From Candidatus Limnocylindrales bacterium (lineage in GTDB: Bacteria; Chloroflexota; Limnocylindria; Limnocylindrales; CSP1-4), in assembly GCA_036002405.1 (NCBI GenBank), contig DASYTK010000006.1:2013-66012 (forward strand): 64,000 nt of DNA. The letters run 5' to 3'. The notes beneath the pieces are model-generated. The model made no database searches and was not told the DNA's origin. It was given only the letters and a program-made list of their open reading frames with translations. Below, piece after piece: positions 33,638 to 42,462 of this stretch; the stretch's first letter is position 1, and the number at the start of each line of letters is the position of its first letter. Position numbers and translations under genes: made by a program.

Positions 33638-33958
33638 TTATTCGCCGGGGGCTCGGTAGGTAGCGCTCTGCTTCGTTGCGGCATCCATCTCTTCGGGCGT
33701 GAGCAGCACGGTCGTCCGGACGGTCACGCCGCCGGCCGCGCTCGCGGCCAGCGACCCGGCCGCCGCCTGGGTGTTGCCCGGCAGGTCGGCGATCACGACG
33801 AAGTCGTCGCCGCCGAAGGCGAAGTAGTAGGCCTCCAGGTTGCCGCCCAGCGAACGCATGAGCTGCTCGGTTGCCGCTCGGCGGCCGGTTCCGCCCTCCT
33901 TGCGAAACCCTGCCGCTCCGGCGGCGGTGTAGCTGCCCGTGAACAGGTACTTCGGCAC
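33638..33958 (-). CDS. GYD-domain protein
   Basis: ORF 33638..34042 trimmed to GTG 33958..33956, preceded by AGGAGG with a 6-nt spacer. (V)PKYLFTGSYTAAGAAG... and AYYFAFGGDDFVVIADLP match the GYD family. Confidence 0.7.
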   Translation of the reverse strand: MPKYLFTGSYTAAGAAGFRKEGGTGRRAATEQLMRSLGGNLEAYYFAFGGDDFVVIADLPGNTQAAAGSLAASAAGGVTVRTTVLLTPEEMDAATKQSATYRAPGE

Positions 33959-34207
33959 CGTGCACCTCCTCGTTTGCGCCATGGTCTCGGTAGGGCCCGG
34001 ACATCCGCCCCTGAGCCGGCGCCGGCCGACTCTACGCGGCACGGTCCTGCTCTGACAAGGAATCTGCCGCCTGCGGGCGCGCCGACCAGACGTCTGCCAA
34101 TCTCATCTCGCTCTCAGGATCGAGGGCGATCGTCTCGCTGCCTGGACGCCACCCTCGGTCGATCGCGGCCGGGCGCAGGGCGGCACTACGATAGGCGGCC
34201 CACGGCG

Positions 34208-34885
34208 ATGAAAATCCTGCTGGTCGAAGACGATCCCCGACTGAGCCGCGTCCTGCGCCGCCTGCTCGAGGAGGATCGCCATGTCGTCGAGGTCGCTCGC
34301 GACGGCGAGGGCGGGCTCGAGCTGGCGATGGACGAGGCCGGGATCGACGTCGTCATCCTCGACGTTGGCCTGCCGGACATCTCCGGGCTGGAGGTGGCTC
34401 GTCGGCTCCGGCGAGCACGAAGAGAGGTGCCGATCCTCGTGCTGACCGCGCGCGACACGGTCGGCGACCGGGTAAGCGGCCTGGATGCCGGTGCCGACGA
34501 CTACCTCGTGAAACCCTTTGCCTACGACGAGCTCTCGGCACGCCTGCGGGCGCTCGCCCGCCGCTCTGGCGCGGCCGCCCACCGTGCCGAACCGAAGCTC
34601 GTCGCCGGTCCGATCGTGCTCGACGAGGTGGCCCGGTCGGTCACCGTCGACGGCCGCCGGGTCGACCTCAGCCCTCGGGAGTTCTCGCTGCTCGAGTCGT
34701 TCCTCCGCCATCCCGGACAGGCGCTCACGCGGGACCAGCTGCTCGACCAGGCCTGGCCGTTCGGCGTCGCCGTGACCCCGAACGCCGTCGACGCCTATGT
34801 CCACTATCTCCGGGCGAAACTCGGTACCGCGGGCGAGCGGATCGAGACGGTCCGCGGGGTGGGCTATCGCCTCAACCATGGCTGA
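34208..34885 (+). CDS. OmpR/PhoB-family response regulator
   Basis: Within ORF 33227..34885; ATG 34208. Motifs: MKILLVEDDPRL, DVVILDVGLPDISG, DDYLVKPF. Winged-helix C-terminus LSPREFSLLESFL...VRGVGYRL. Confidence 0.9.
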   Translation: MKILLVEDDPRLSRVLRRLLEEDRHVVEVARDGEGGLELAMDEAGIDVVILDVGLPDISGLEVARRLRRARREVPILVLTARDTVGDRVSGLDAGADDYLVKPFAYDELSARLRALARRSGAAAHRAEPKLVAGPIVLDEVARSVTVDGRRVDLSPREFSLLESFLRHPGQALTRDQLLDQAWPFGVAVTPNAVDAYVHYLRAKLGTAGERIETVRGVGYRLNHG

Positions 34886-36308
34886 GGGAGGGACCACGCT
34901 GCGCGAGGCCGGCCCGACCGAGGAGCGGCCGCTCGCGGTCGACGCCGTCGAGGAGCGGGCCCTCGCCCAAGATGCCCGGCTCGTCCGCGACGTCCGCTGG
35001 CGCCTCGTGGCCTGGAGCGGCGGGACCACCCTCGTCGTCCTCGTCCTGCTGGGCGTCGCCCTCTACCTGAGCGCCGCTCGGACCCTCGAGGCGAGCGGCC
35101 TCGCGCAGCTCGAGGATCGCGCCTCACTCATCCGGAGCTTTGTCGAAGATCCGCTCCTCCGACCGGGACAGCCGGAGATCGGCTTCATGTTTGGGGGCGG
35201 CTCCTCGGGCACGTATGCCGTGATCCTTGGCCCGAACGGCCGACTGATCGGCCCACGACCGCCCGAGCTGCCCATCGGCGTTCCCGATCGGGGCGCGCTG
35301 GCCGCTGCCGCGGAGCCGGCCGGGCGGGACCTCCGGCTGAGTGCGATCGAGTCGGTGCCGGTGCGGATCCTCACCGAACGAGTCGAAAGCCCCCGCGGCG
35401 ACGTCTACGTCCAGGTGATCCAGGACCGAACGGCGGAGCAGCGCACCCTGGGCGCGATCGCCAGGGTCCTCCTCGCCGGTGGGTTCCTCGTCGTCCTCGT
35501 CGCCTTCGGTTTCGGAGCGCTCTACGCGCAGCGCGCACTCATCCCGATCCGGCGATCGCTCGCGAGCCAGCGAGGCGCCCTCGCTCGACAGCGGGAGTTC
35601 GCCGCCGACGCCAGCCACGAGCTTCGGACGCCACTTACCGTGATCCGGAGCTCCGTCGAGCACCTGCGGCGCCATCCGGGCGCGCCCGTGGCATCGGTCG
35701 GGACGGCGATCGACGACATCGACGCGGAGGTCGAGCATCTCACAGCGCTGGTCGGCGACCTGCTGCTCCTGGCTCGATCCGACTCGGGGGCGGTCGCGCT
35801 CGCCCGGGAGTCGGTAGACCTCGGCGACGTCGCGACCGAAGCGGCCAGCGGTCTCAGCGCGATGGCGGCGACGAACGGCGTCCGCCTGGCGATCGATCCG
35901 GTGCCTGCCCTCGTCGTGGGCGACGCGGCGCGCCTGCGCCAGCTGGTCCTGATCCTGGTGGACAACGCGATCCGGCATACCCCGCGGGGTGGTGAGGTCC
36001 GTGTCCGCGTCCGCGCTCAGCGGCGTCGCGTCGTCCTCGAGGTCGAGGACGACGGTCCGGGCATCCAGCCCGAGGACATGCCCCGCATCTTCGAGCGGTT
36101 CTGGCGCGCGCCGGGAGCGCCCAGTGGCGGGACCGGCTTGGGCCTGGCGATCGCGGCCTCGACCGTCGCGCTCCACGGCGGGCGGATCGGCGTCTCCAAC
36201 CGTCCTGGCGGCGGGGCCTCCTTCACGGTCGAGCTGCCGTCGGGTGAAGGCTCCCCGACGCCAGCCGCCCCCAGGGGGAGAGAGATTCCAGTCGACCGAG
36301 CCGGCTGA
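34878..36308 (+). CDS. Sensor histidine kinase (HisKA + HATPase_c)
   Basis: ORF 34797..36308. ATG 34878 overlaps the regulator's stop by 8 nt. Two TM segments, H-box FAADASHELRTPLTVI, N-box LVDNAIRHTP, G-boxes DDGPGI and GTGLGLAI. Confidence 0.85.
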   Translation: MAEGGTTLREAGPTEERPLAVDAVEERALAQDARLVRDVRWRLVAWSGGTTLVVLVLLGVALYLSAARTLEASGLAQLEDRASLIRSFVEDPLLRPGQPEIGFMFGGGSSGTYAVILGPNGRLIGPRPPELPIGVPDRGALAAAAEPAGRDLRLSAIESVPVRILTERVESPRGDVYVQVIQDRTAEQRTLGAIARVLLAGGFLVVLVAFGFGALYAQRALIPIRRSLASQRGALARQREFAADASHELRTPLTVIRSSVEHLRRHPGAPVASVGTAIDDIDAEVEHLTALVGDLLLLARSDSGAVALARESVDLGDVATEAASGLSAMAATNGVRLAIDPVPALVVGDAARLRQLVLILVDNAIRHTPRGGEVRVRVRAQRRRVVLEVEDDGPGIQPEDMPRIFERFWRAPGAPSGGTGLGLAIAASTVALHGGRIGVSNRPGGGASFTVELPSGEGSPTPAAPRGREIPVDRAG

Positions 36309-36342
36309 GGAGTGCCGGACAGCACCCCGCGAGGCCGGCAGG

Positions 36343-36384
36343 CTCTCACGACTTCTTTGAGAACTCTCACGACTCCTTAAGAAA
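36343..36384 (+). promoter_or_regulatory. Two tandem 21-nt direct repeats: candidate response-regulator binding site upstream of the DUF5666-like gene
   Basis: ctctcacgacttctttgagaa (36343..36363) is followed immediately by ctctcacgactccttaagaaa (36364..36384). It is an AT-rich island in GC-rich DNA, 65 nt upstream of ATG 36449 and 35 nt downstream of the kinase stop. Confidence 0.45.
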
Positions 36385-36448
36385 TGGAGTCGATGCTCGA
36401 GGGCGTCCGGTCGGCTGCCGATCGGGATCCGCCACGGAGGCCCGAGAC

Positions 36449-37474
36449 ATGAATCTCCCTCTTCGAGCCAGCGTCCTCGTTGGCGCCCTCATGGCCGTCG
36501 CCATCGGCGCCGTCACCCTCGCGGCTTCGCCGGCCCCATCGCCGAGCGGCGAGCCGAGCGCCGGTACCGTCCCCGAGATCCTGCCCGCCCTGCCCGGCCT
36601 GGAGTTCCTGGCCCCCGACGAGGACTTTCCCGGACGCCTTGACGGGTTTCGCGGCGGCCCTGGCCACGGGCCGTTCGGGCAGATCAGCGTCACCGCGATC
36701 GACGGTTCGACCGTCTCGCTGAAGACCGAGGACGGCTGGACGCGGACGATCACGGTGACCGATTCGACGAGGATCACGAAGGGCGACCAGGAGATCGGCC
36801 TGGACGAGCTCGCGGTGGGCGACGTCGTGGGGCTGGCCCAGACACGAAGCGACGACGGCACCTACACGGTCGTCGCGATCGAGGTCGTCGTCCCCAGGCT
36901 GGCGGGGACGGTCACGGCCGTCAACGACGCGAGCTTCACGATCACCGGACGGGACGGCCTCCAGCACACGATCACGACGACCGACGAGACCGCCTACCGA
37001 CTCGGCCGGAGCGAGGGCTCGCGATCGGACGTGACGATCGGCGCACGCATCGTCGCGGCCGGCGAGACGGCGAGCGACGGCTCATTCACCGCAACGACGG
37101 TGACGATCGTCCTCCCCAGGGTGGCTGGCGAGGTGAACGCGATTGAAAGCGACACGATCACGATCGATCGGCGTGGTGACGCGACCCTGACGATCAACGT
37201 GACCTCCGCGACGACCTACGACGTGGCCGGCGTGGAAGACGCGGGGCTCGACGACATCTCGGTGGGGATGTTCCTCATCGCGGAGGGCCGACAGGCCGCC
37301 GACGGCTCGTTCGAGGCGACCGCGATCCATGCCGGCGCATTCCGGGGAGCCCTCGAGCGCGGCCTGGAACGGGGTCTCGGTCGCGGCTTCCGGCTCGGCC
37401 CGTCGTTCCCGGACGACTGGCCGCCGTTCGAAGAGCCCGCTGCGACCCCGAGCCCATCCGGGAGCGCCGGCTAG
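36449..37474 (+). CDS. Secreted protein with three DUF5666-like beta-barrel repeats
   Basis: 341 aa. Signal peptide, GGAGG upstream. Three units of about 70 aa of the type (I/L)xGTVTAV...T(I/V)T...T...T.Y....d..vG..v.v.G....DGS(F/Y)TA..v.i. Confidence 0.65.
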   Translation: MNLPLRASVLVGALMAVAIGAVTLAASPAPSPSGEPSAGTVPEILPALPGLEFLAPDEDFPGRLDGFRGGPGHGPFGQISVTAIDGSTVSLKTEDGWTRTITVTDSTRITKGDQEIGLDELAVGDVVGLAQTRSDDGTYTVVAIEVVVPRLAGTVTAVNDASFTITGRDGLQHTITTTDETAYRLGRSEGSRSDVTIGARIVAAGETASDGSFTATTVTIVLPRVAGEVNAIESDTITIDRRGDATLTINVTSATTYDVAGVEDAGLDDISVGMFLIAEGRQAADGSFEATAIHAGAFRGALERGLERGLGRGFRLGPSFPDDWPPFEEPAATPSPSGSAG

Positions 37475-37482
37475 GTCGAAAA

Positions 37483-37507
37483 CCGGCGGCCGACGATGGC
37501 CGCCTGG
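37483..37507 (-). terminator. Candidate intrinsic terminator between convergent genes (best fit for the LysM gene)
   Basis: Stem ggcggcc/ggccgcc (7 bp perfect, extendable with one bulge), loop gacgat. On the minus strand the hairpin is followed by TTTTCGAC. Confidence 0.5.
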
Positions 37508-37526
37508 TCTCCCAGGGATGCGGGAC

Positions 37527-38027
37527 TCAGTCCGGCGGGGGGATGATCAGCTCCTGGCCGACGCTGATCTGGGAGGGGTGGTCGAGATGATTCGCCTCGA
37601 CGATCTCGGCCACGGTCACTCCATACTGCTTCGCGATCCGGGTCAGGTTCTCGCCCCGCTGGACGACGTGAACGCGGGAGGTGGGCGCCGGCGTCGGGGA
37701 TGGCGTGGCGGTGGGCGTCGGGGACGGAGTCGGAGTCGCTTCGACGCTTGGTGACGCGCTCGGCGAGAGGGTCGGCGTAGCGCCCTCGACCGCCCCCCCG
37801 GGCTGGCCCCGACCAAGCGAACCGGTGGCGAACAGGACGACGAGGAGCGCCAGTCCCAGGAGGCCGACGACCGCAGCGGGGGCCGGGTCAGCAGCAGTCT
37901 CGGCCAGCCGGTACTCGCGGATCGGCCGGTAGATCCGACGGCGCGTCGGTCGACGGAGCTGCTGGGCGCGGCCGCTCCCGAGGATGATCCCCTCCTGGCG
38001 GCCAGCTGGGGCGCGTCGTCGGTACAT
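37527..38027 (-). CDS. LysM-domain membrane-anchored protein
   Basis: ORF 37527..38063; ATG 38027 preferred, start uncertain. TM segment AAVVGLLGLALLVVLF, PT-rich linker, C-terminal LysM VHVVQRGENLTRIAKQYGVTVAEIVEANHL...VGQELIIP. Confidence 0.75.
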   Translation of the reverse strand: MYRRRAPAGRQEGIILGSGRAQQLRRPTRRRIYRPIREYRLAETAADPAPAAVVGLLGLALLVVLFATGSLGRGQPGGAVEGATPTLSPSASPSVEATPTPSPTPTATPSPTPAPTSRVHVVQRGENLTRIAKQYGVTVAEIVEANHLDHPSQISVGQELIIPPPD

Positions 38028-38112
38028 CGCGCGGATTGTGCCACCCACGCAACGGAAAGCCACGCGCGGCAGACCATCGGAACGGCATTTGCTCTCCTGC
38101 CGACCGGCCGGT

Positions 38113-38631
38113 TCAGCGCCCGAGGAGGACGATCAGCCAATCCTCGATCGGGCTGGCGACGGTCTGTGCAGCCGGTTCCGCACCGAGCGGCGTGATCGGA
38201 GCCGGTGGCGGTGCGCCGGCGGCGAGGGCGAAGATCCGCTCGCCGGGCTTCCCCATCCCGTAGGCGCGCGCCTCGAGCCTGCTGAAGGCGCGGCCACGGA
38301 TGAGCACGAGCTCGCGGCGGCCCGCCTCGAGCTGTGCCGCCAGGACCCTGTTCTCCGCCCGCAGCTGCGCGACCCGGTCGGTGGCCGCCGTCGACTGGGC
38401 CACCGCCCGTGCGAAGGTGACGAGGAGCCAGAGGACGACGACGGTGCCCACCGCGAAGCCGAGGTGGCGGCGGGTCAGCCACTCGCGGGGCGAACGACGG
38501 ACGCCGCCGATCAAGGCACGGTCGTGGCCGGGGGTCGCTTCGATCGCTGGCGCGGCGAGAGGCTCGGCGATGGGACCGGGCACAGGTCCCGTCAGGGCCG
38601 CGACCGCGGCTCGGGCGTTGACGGGACGCAT
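38113..38631 (-). CDS. FtsB/DivIC-like septum formation initiator (putative)
   Basis: ORF 38113..38667. I prefer ATG 38631 because the upstream TTG is part of a TTGACA -35 box. Single TM (FAVGTVVVLWLLVTF) followed by a coiled-coil (RVAQLRAENRVLAAQLEAGRRELVLI). Confidence 0.55.
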   Translation of the reverse strand: MRPVNARAAVAALTGPVPGPIAEPLAAPAIEATPGHDRALIGGVRRSPREWLTRRHLGFAVGTVVVLWLLVTFARAVAQSTAATDRVAQLRAENRVLAAQLEAGRRELVLIRGRAFSRLEARAYGMGKPGERIFALAAGAPPPAPITPLGAEPAAQTVASPIEDWLIVLLGR

Positions 38632-38638
38632 CGGGGTG

Positions 38639-38667
38639 AGGGTAGCTTCCGGTAGCTGACGTGTCAA
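38639..38667 (-). promoter_or_regulatory. Predicted promoter giving a leaderless transcript of the FtsB-like gene
   Basis: Minus strand reads TTGACA (38667..38662), a 17-nt spacer, TACCCT (38644..38639), 7 nt, then ATG (38631). Confidence 0.45.
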
Positions 38668-38754
38668 CCTGCGCGCGGCCTCGGGCCGACGGTCCCGCGT
38701 GCTCGGACGCGCCCAGCAGCAGGACTTGACGGGCTGCTACACTCCGGCCGTATT

Positions 38755-38770
38755 TCGAACGGATGTGCGA
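38755..38770. promoter_or_regulatory. SOS-box-like palindrome (candidate LexA operator) upstream of the mrfA-like gene
   Basis: TCGAAC-GGAT-GTGCGA, extendable to tttcgaacggatgtgcgaaa. One mismatch from the TCGAAC-N4-GTTCGA / GAAC-N4-GTTC type boxes. Lies 16 nt upstream of ATG 38786 and 24 nt downstream of a TTGACG hexamer (38726..38731). Confidence 0.4.
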
Positions 38771-38785
38771 AATGCGGAGGTGACG

Positions 38786-41128
38786 ATGCGGCTCTACGCG
38801 AGTGCTCCGGCCCAAGCGGTCCTCGAGCGGCTGCTCGACGACCCCGTCGTGGCCGAGTCGGTCGTGGCCAGTCGGGTCTTCCCCGCCCGTCCCGCGGTCA
38901 TCGGGCCGGTCCCGCCCTGGGTCGACGATCGCCTCCGCTCGGGGCTCGCCGCACGAGGGATCGACCGCCTCTACCGCCATCAACTCGACGCCGTCGAGGC
39001 GCTGCGAGCCGGTAAGGACGTCGTCGTCGTCACCCCGACGGCCTCGGGCAAGTCGCTCTGCTACGACTTGCCGGTCCTCCAGGCGGTCGCCGAGGACCCC
39101 AGCGCTCGAGCGCTCTACCTGTTCCCGACGAAGGCGCTCAGCCAGGATCAGGCGGCCGGCATCCGCGAGCTCGCCGAGGCAGCGTCGCTACCGCTCGCCG
39201 CCGCCGTCTACGACGGCGACACGCCGGCGCCCGTTCGATCCTCGATCCGGGCGGCGGGACAGGTCGTCGTCACGAACCCCGACATGCTCCACGCGGCGAT
39301 CCTCCCTCACCACACGAAGTGGTTCCAGCTCTTCGAGCAACTCCGCTTCATCGTCATCGACGAGGCCCACACGTATCGCGGCGTGTTCGGCAGCCACGTC
39401 GCGAACGTCCTGCGCCGGCTCCTCCGGTTATGCCAGCACTACGGCAGCCGGCCGGTGATCGTGACCTGCTCGGCGACGATCGGGAACCCCGTCGAGCTCG
39501 CCACGACGCTCACCGGGCGAACCCCGATCCTCGTCGATCGCAACGGGGCGCCGGCGGGCGAGAAGCACGTGCTCGTGCTCGACCCGCCACTCGTCGACGA
39601 GCGGCTCGGGATCCGGGCCGGCGCCTTCAGGCTGGCCGAACGGGTCGCCCTCGCCTTCCTGCGGGCGGGCCGCCAGACGATCGTGTTCGGCCGCTCGCGG
39701 ACGAGCGTCGAACTCCTCCTCACCGGGCTCCGCGAGGCGCTCCGGACGGGCCGTGGACCGCTTGAGCAGGTGCGTGGCTACCGGGGCGGGTACCTGCCCA
39801 ACGAGCGCCGGCAGATCGAGCGCGGCCTCCGCGACGGCTCGGTGCTCGGCGTCGTCAGCACGAACGCCCTCGAGCTGGGCATCGACATCGGGGCACTCGA
39901 CGCGGCGGTCCTGGCGGGCTACCCGGGGTCGATCGCGGGGACGTGGCAGCAGATGGGCCGTGCCGGCCGGCGCCGGTCTGTCAGCGTCGCGGTCCTCGTC
40001 GCCACGAGCGCCCCGCTGGATCAGTACGTCGCGACGCATCCCGAATATCTCTTCGACTCGACCCCCGAGGAGGCTCGACTCGACCCGGAGAACGTCCACG
40101 TCCTCCTCGCCCACCTCCGGGCGGCGACCTTCGAGCTCCCGTTCGAGAGCGGGGAGCGCTTCGGCGCGGTAGCCGCCGACGACCTGCTCTCGTTCCTCGC
40201 CGAGGAGGGTCACGTCCGCCACGCCGACGACGGCCGCTGGTACTGGGCCTCGGAGAACTTCCCCGCCGCGGAGATCTCGCTGCGGACCGCGGCCCCCGAG
40301 AACGTCGTCATCGTCGATCTCGGGCCGCAGGGCCGCGGCGACCGCCCGCGGGTCATCGGCGAGGTCGACCTCTTCTCCGCCCCGACCCTCGTCCACGAGG
40401 GGGCGATCTACCTCCACGAATCGCGCCAGTTCCACGTCGACCGGCTCGACTGGGACGAGCGCAAGGCCTATGTGCGACCGGTCGACGTCGACCACTACAC
40501 CCAGGCCGAGCTGGCCGTGACCCTGAAGCCGCTCGAGACGTTCGCCAGCGCGGCCGCTCCCGGCGGGGAGCGGGCACACGGCGAGGTGATGGTCAGCAGC
40601 CTGGCCACGATCTACAAGAAGCTGCGCCTCGAGACACATGAGAACCTCGGCTGGGGACGGATCCACCTCCCCGAGCTCGAGCTCCATACGACCGCCTACT
40701 GGATCGCGCTCGACGAGGCCGCCCGCTCGAGCTGGCGGCGGGACGAGCTCGATGTCGCACTCGTCGGCGCCGGGCGGGCGCTGCAGACGGTGGCCAGCGT
40801 CCTCCTGATGAGCGATCCGCGAGACCTCGGGCTCGTCGCCCAGGTCCGCTCCCCCCACGCCGAGCGTCCGGTCATCTACCTCTACGACGGTGTCCCCGGA
40901 GGCGTGGGCCTGGCCGAGCGATTGTTCGAGCGGCACACGGAGCTCGTGGGCGGCGCCCGCGACCTCGTCGAGCGCTGTGCCTGCGAGCAGGGCTGCCCGG
41001 CCTGCACGGGGCCTCGGCTCGAGACCGGCGGGGACGGCAAGCGCCTTGCCGCCCGGCTCCTGGCGCTGCTCGCCGCCGCACCGGCGGGTGACTCGCCGGC
41101 GATCACCAGGACGACGCACGCCGCGTGA
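38786..41128 (+). CDS. mrfA: DEAD/DEAH-box helicase with C-terminal DUF1998 (MrfA/YprA-like)
   Basis: ORF 38699..41128 trimmed to ATG 38786, with GGAGG 5 nt upstream. Motifs: TPTASGKSLCY, VIDEAHTYRG, CSATIGNP, MGRAGRR. C-terminal Cys cluster CACEQGCPACTG typical of DUF1998. Confidence 0.8.
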   Translation: MRLYASAPAQAVLERLLDDPVVAESVVASRVFPARPAVIGPVPPWVDDRLRSGLAARGIDRLYRHQLDAVEALRAGKDVVVVTPTASGKSLCYDLPVLQAVAEDPSARALYLFPTKALSQDQAAGIRELAEAASLPLAAAVYDGDTPAPVRSSIRAAGQVVVTNPDMLHAAILPHHTKWFQLFEQLRFIVIDEAHTYRGVFGSHVANVLRRLLRLCQHYGSRPVIVTCSATIGNPVELATTLTGRTPILVDRNGAPAGEKHVLVLDPPLVDERLGIRAGAFRLAERVALAFLRAGRQTIVFGRSRTSVELLLTGLREALRTGRGPLEQVRGYRGGYLPNERRQIERGLRDGSVLGVVSTNALELGIDIGALDAAVLAGYPGSIAGTWQQMGRAGRRRSVSVAVLVATSAPLDQYVATHPEYLFDSTPEEARLDPENVHVLLAHLRAATFELPFESGERFGAVAADDLLSFLAEEGHVRHADDGRWYWASENFPAAEISLRTAAPENVVIVDLGPQGRGDRPRVIGEVDLFSAPTLVHEGAIYLHESRQFHVDRLDWDERKAYVRPVDVDHYTQAELAVTLKPLETFASAAAPGGERAHGEVMVSSLATIYKKLRLETHENLGWGRIHLPELELHTTAYWIALDEAARSSWRRDELDVALVGAGRALQTVASVLLMSDPRDLGLVAQVRSPHAERPVIYLYDGVPGGVGLAERLFERHTELVGGARDLVERCACEQGCPACTGPRLETGGDGKRLAARLLALLAAAPAGDSPAITRTTHAA

Positions 41129-42462
41129 CAGTCGAGCTGGCACGGACAGGCTCGACCCTCTCGCCGATGACTCCCCAGAACGGGCTGCTCGTGCGCCGAC
41201 TCGACCGGCTTCGGGAGGCACGCCCTCGCGAACGTCCTGCGATCCCTCAGGGACGGAATCGTCCCGCGTTCGATCGGCGGCGCGAGCGCGCCGAGCGGTT
41301 GGCCCTCGCCCTGGGCGGTCGGATCACGGAGGGGCCGGCGGGGCCCGTCGTCTGGGGCCCCGAGTCGGCCGTCGAGCTGCCGCTCGAGCCAGCATCCCTG
41401 GGCGAGCTCCCCTACCCGCTCGATCCCCGACGGCCCATCGTTTGCCTCGACACGGAGACGACCGGTCTCGGGACCGCGGCCGGGACGCTCGTCTTCCTGG
41501 TCGGGCTCGGCACCTGGGACGGCCGGATCTACCGGGTGCGGCAGCTCGTCCTCGCCGAGCAACCCGACGAGCCCGCGTTCCTCGGCGCGCTCGCGGCGGC
41601 GATCCCGGCCGACGGCTGGCTCGTGACATACAACGGGCGCTCCTTCGACTGGCCGCTCGTCTGCGCCCGCTTTCGCCTCCACCGCCGCCCCCCGCCGTCG
41701 GTGGCCGGCCATCTCGACCTCTTGCCAGTCTGTCGCCAGCTCTGGCGACACCGGCTGACGGACGCCCGGCTCGCCACGGTCGAGGCAGGCATCTGTGGCG
41801 TCGCCCGGCAGGACGATCTCCCGGGAGCCCTGATCCCCGCCCGATACCTGGCCTACCTGCGTACCGGCCAGGCCGCTCTCCTGCGTGCGGTCGCCGCTCA
41901 CAACCGCCAGGACGTCGTCAGCCTCGCGCTGCTCCTCGGTGAGCTCGCGAGCCGCCTGGGGAACGTCGATGCCCGGCGGCGCGCCCATCCGATCGATGTC
42001 GCCGCTCTCGGCCGTGCCTTCGCGCGTCGGGGCCGGCTCGTCGAGGGTCTCGAGTGTTACGAGGTGGCTCTCGAGCGGCTGGCGAGCCGGCCCGCACCAA
42101 CGCGGTTCGACCGGCTCGCGGCCGAGCGGGCACGGCTGCTGGGCCGGCTTGGGCGCCGGCGGGAGGCGGCGGCCGCCTGGCTCGCGATGGCCGAGCGGGG
42201 TGGACCGGCTGCCGCAGACGCCTGGATCCGTGTGGCGTCGCACCGGGAGCGCGTCGAGCGGCGCTTTCCCGACGCGCTGGGGGCCGCCGAGCGCGCGGCT
42301 TCCCTCGCGGCGCGGGCGCGTGCGGTCGGCCGCCCACTTCGCGACGTCGAGGCCGACCTGGATCGCCGCCTGCCGAGGCTGCGACGCCGCATCGCCGCCC
42401 CGACCCGAGCGGACGTCCAGCCTCTGGCACGATCTCCGTCGGCGGCTCGGCTCGTTGCCTAG
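41125..42462 (+). CDS. mrfB: YprB/MrfB-like RNase H-fold exonuclease with a C-terminal helical-repeat region
   Basis: 445 aa. GTG start in a GTGA overlap with the mrfA stop. Motifs: IVCLDTETTGL, VTYNGRSFDWPL, HNRQDVVSLA. Confidence 0.7.
   Translation: MTVELARTGSTLSPMTPQNGLLVRRLDRLREARPRERPAIPQGRNRPAFDRRRERAERLALALGGRITEGPAGPVVWGPESAVELPLEPASLGELPYPLDPRRPIVCLDTETTGLGTAAGTLVFLVGLGTWDGRIYRVRQLVLAEQPDEPAFLGALAAAIPADGWLVTYNGRSFDWPLVCARFRLHRRPPPSVAGHLDLLPVCRQLWRHRLTDARLATVEAGICGVARQDDLPGALIPARYLAYLRTGQAALLRAVAAHNRQDVVSLALLLGELASRLGNVDARRRAHPIDVAALGRAFARRGRLVEGLECYEVALERLASRPAPTRFDRLAAERARLLGRLGRRREAAAAWLAMAERGGPAAADAWIRVASHRERVERRFPDALGAAERAASLAARARAVGRPLRDVEADLDRRLPRLRRRIAAPTRADVQPLARSPSAARLVA

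Noticed and set aside
38786-42462. DUF1998 helicase as part of a DISARM-like or other anti-phage system.
   Set aside because: The partner is a YprB-type RNase H-fold exonuclease in a coupled two-gene unit, which is the MrfAB repair arrangement. No methyltransferase, PLD nuclease or second DUF1998 gene is present.
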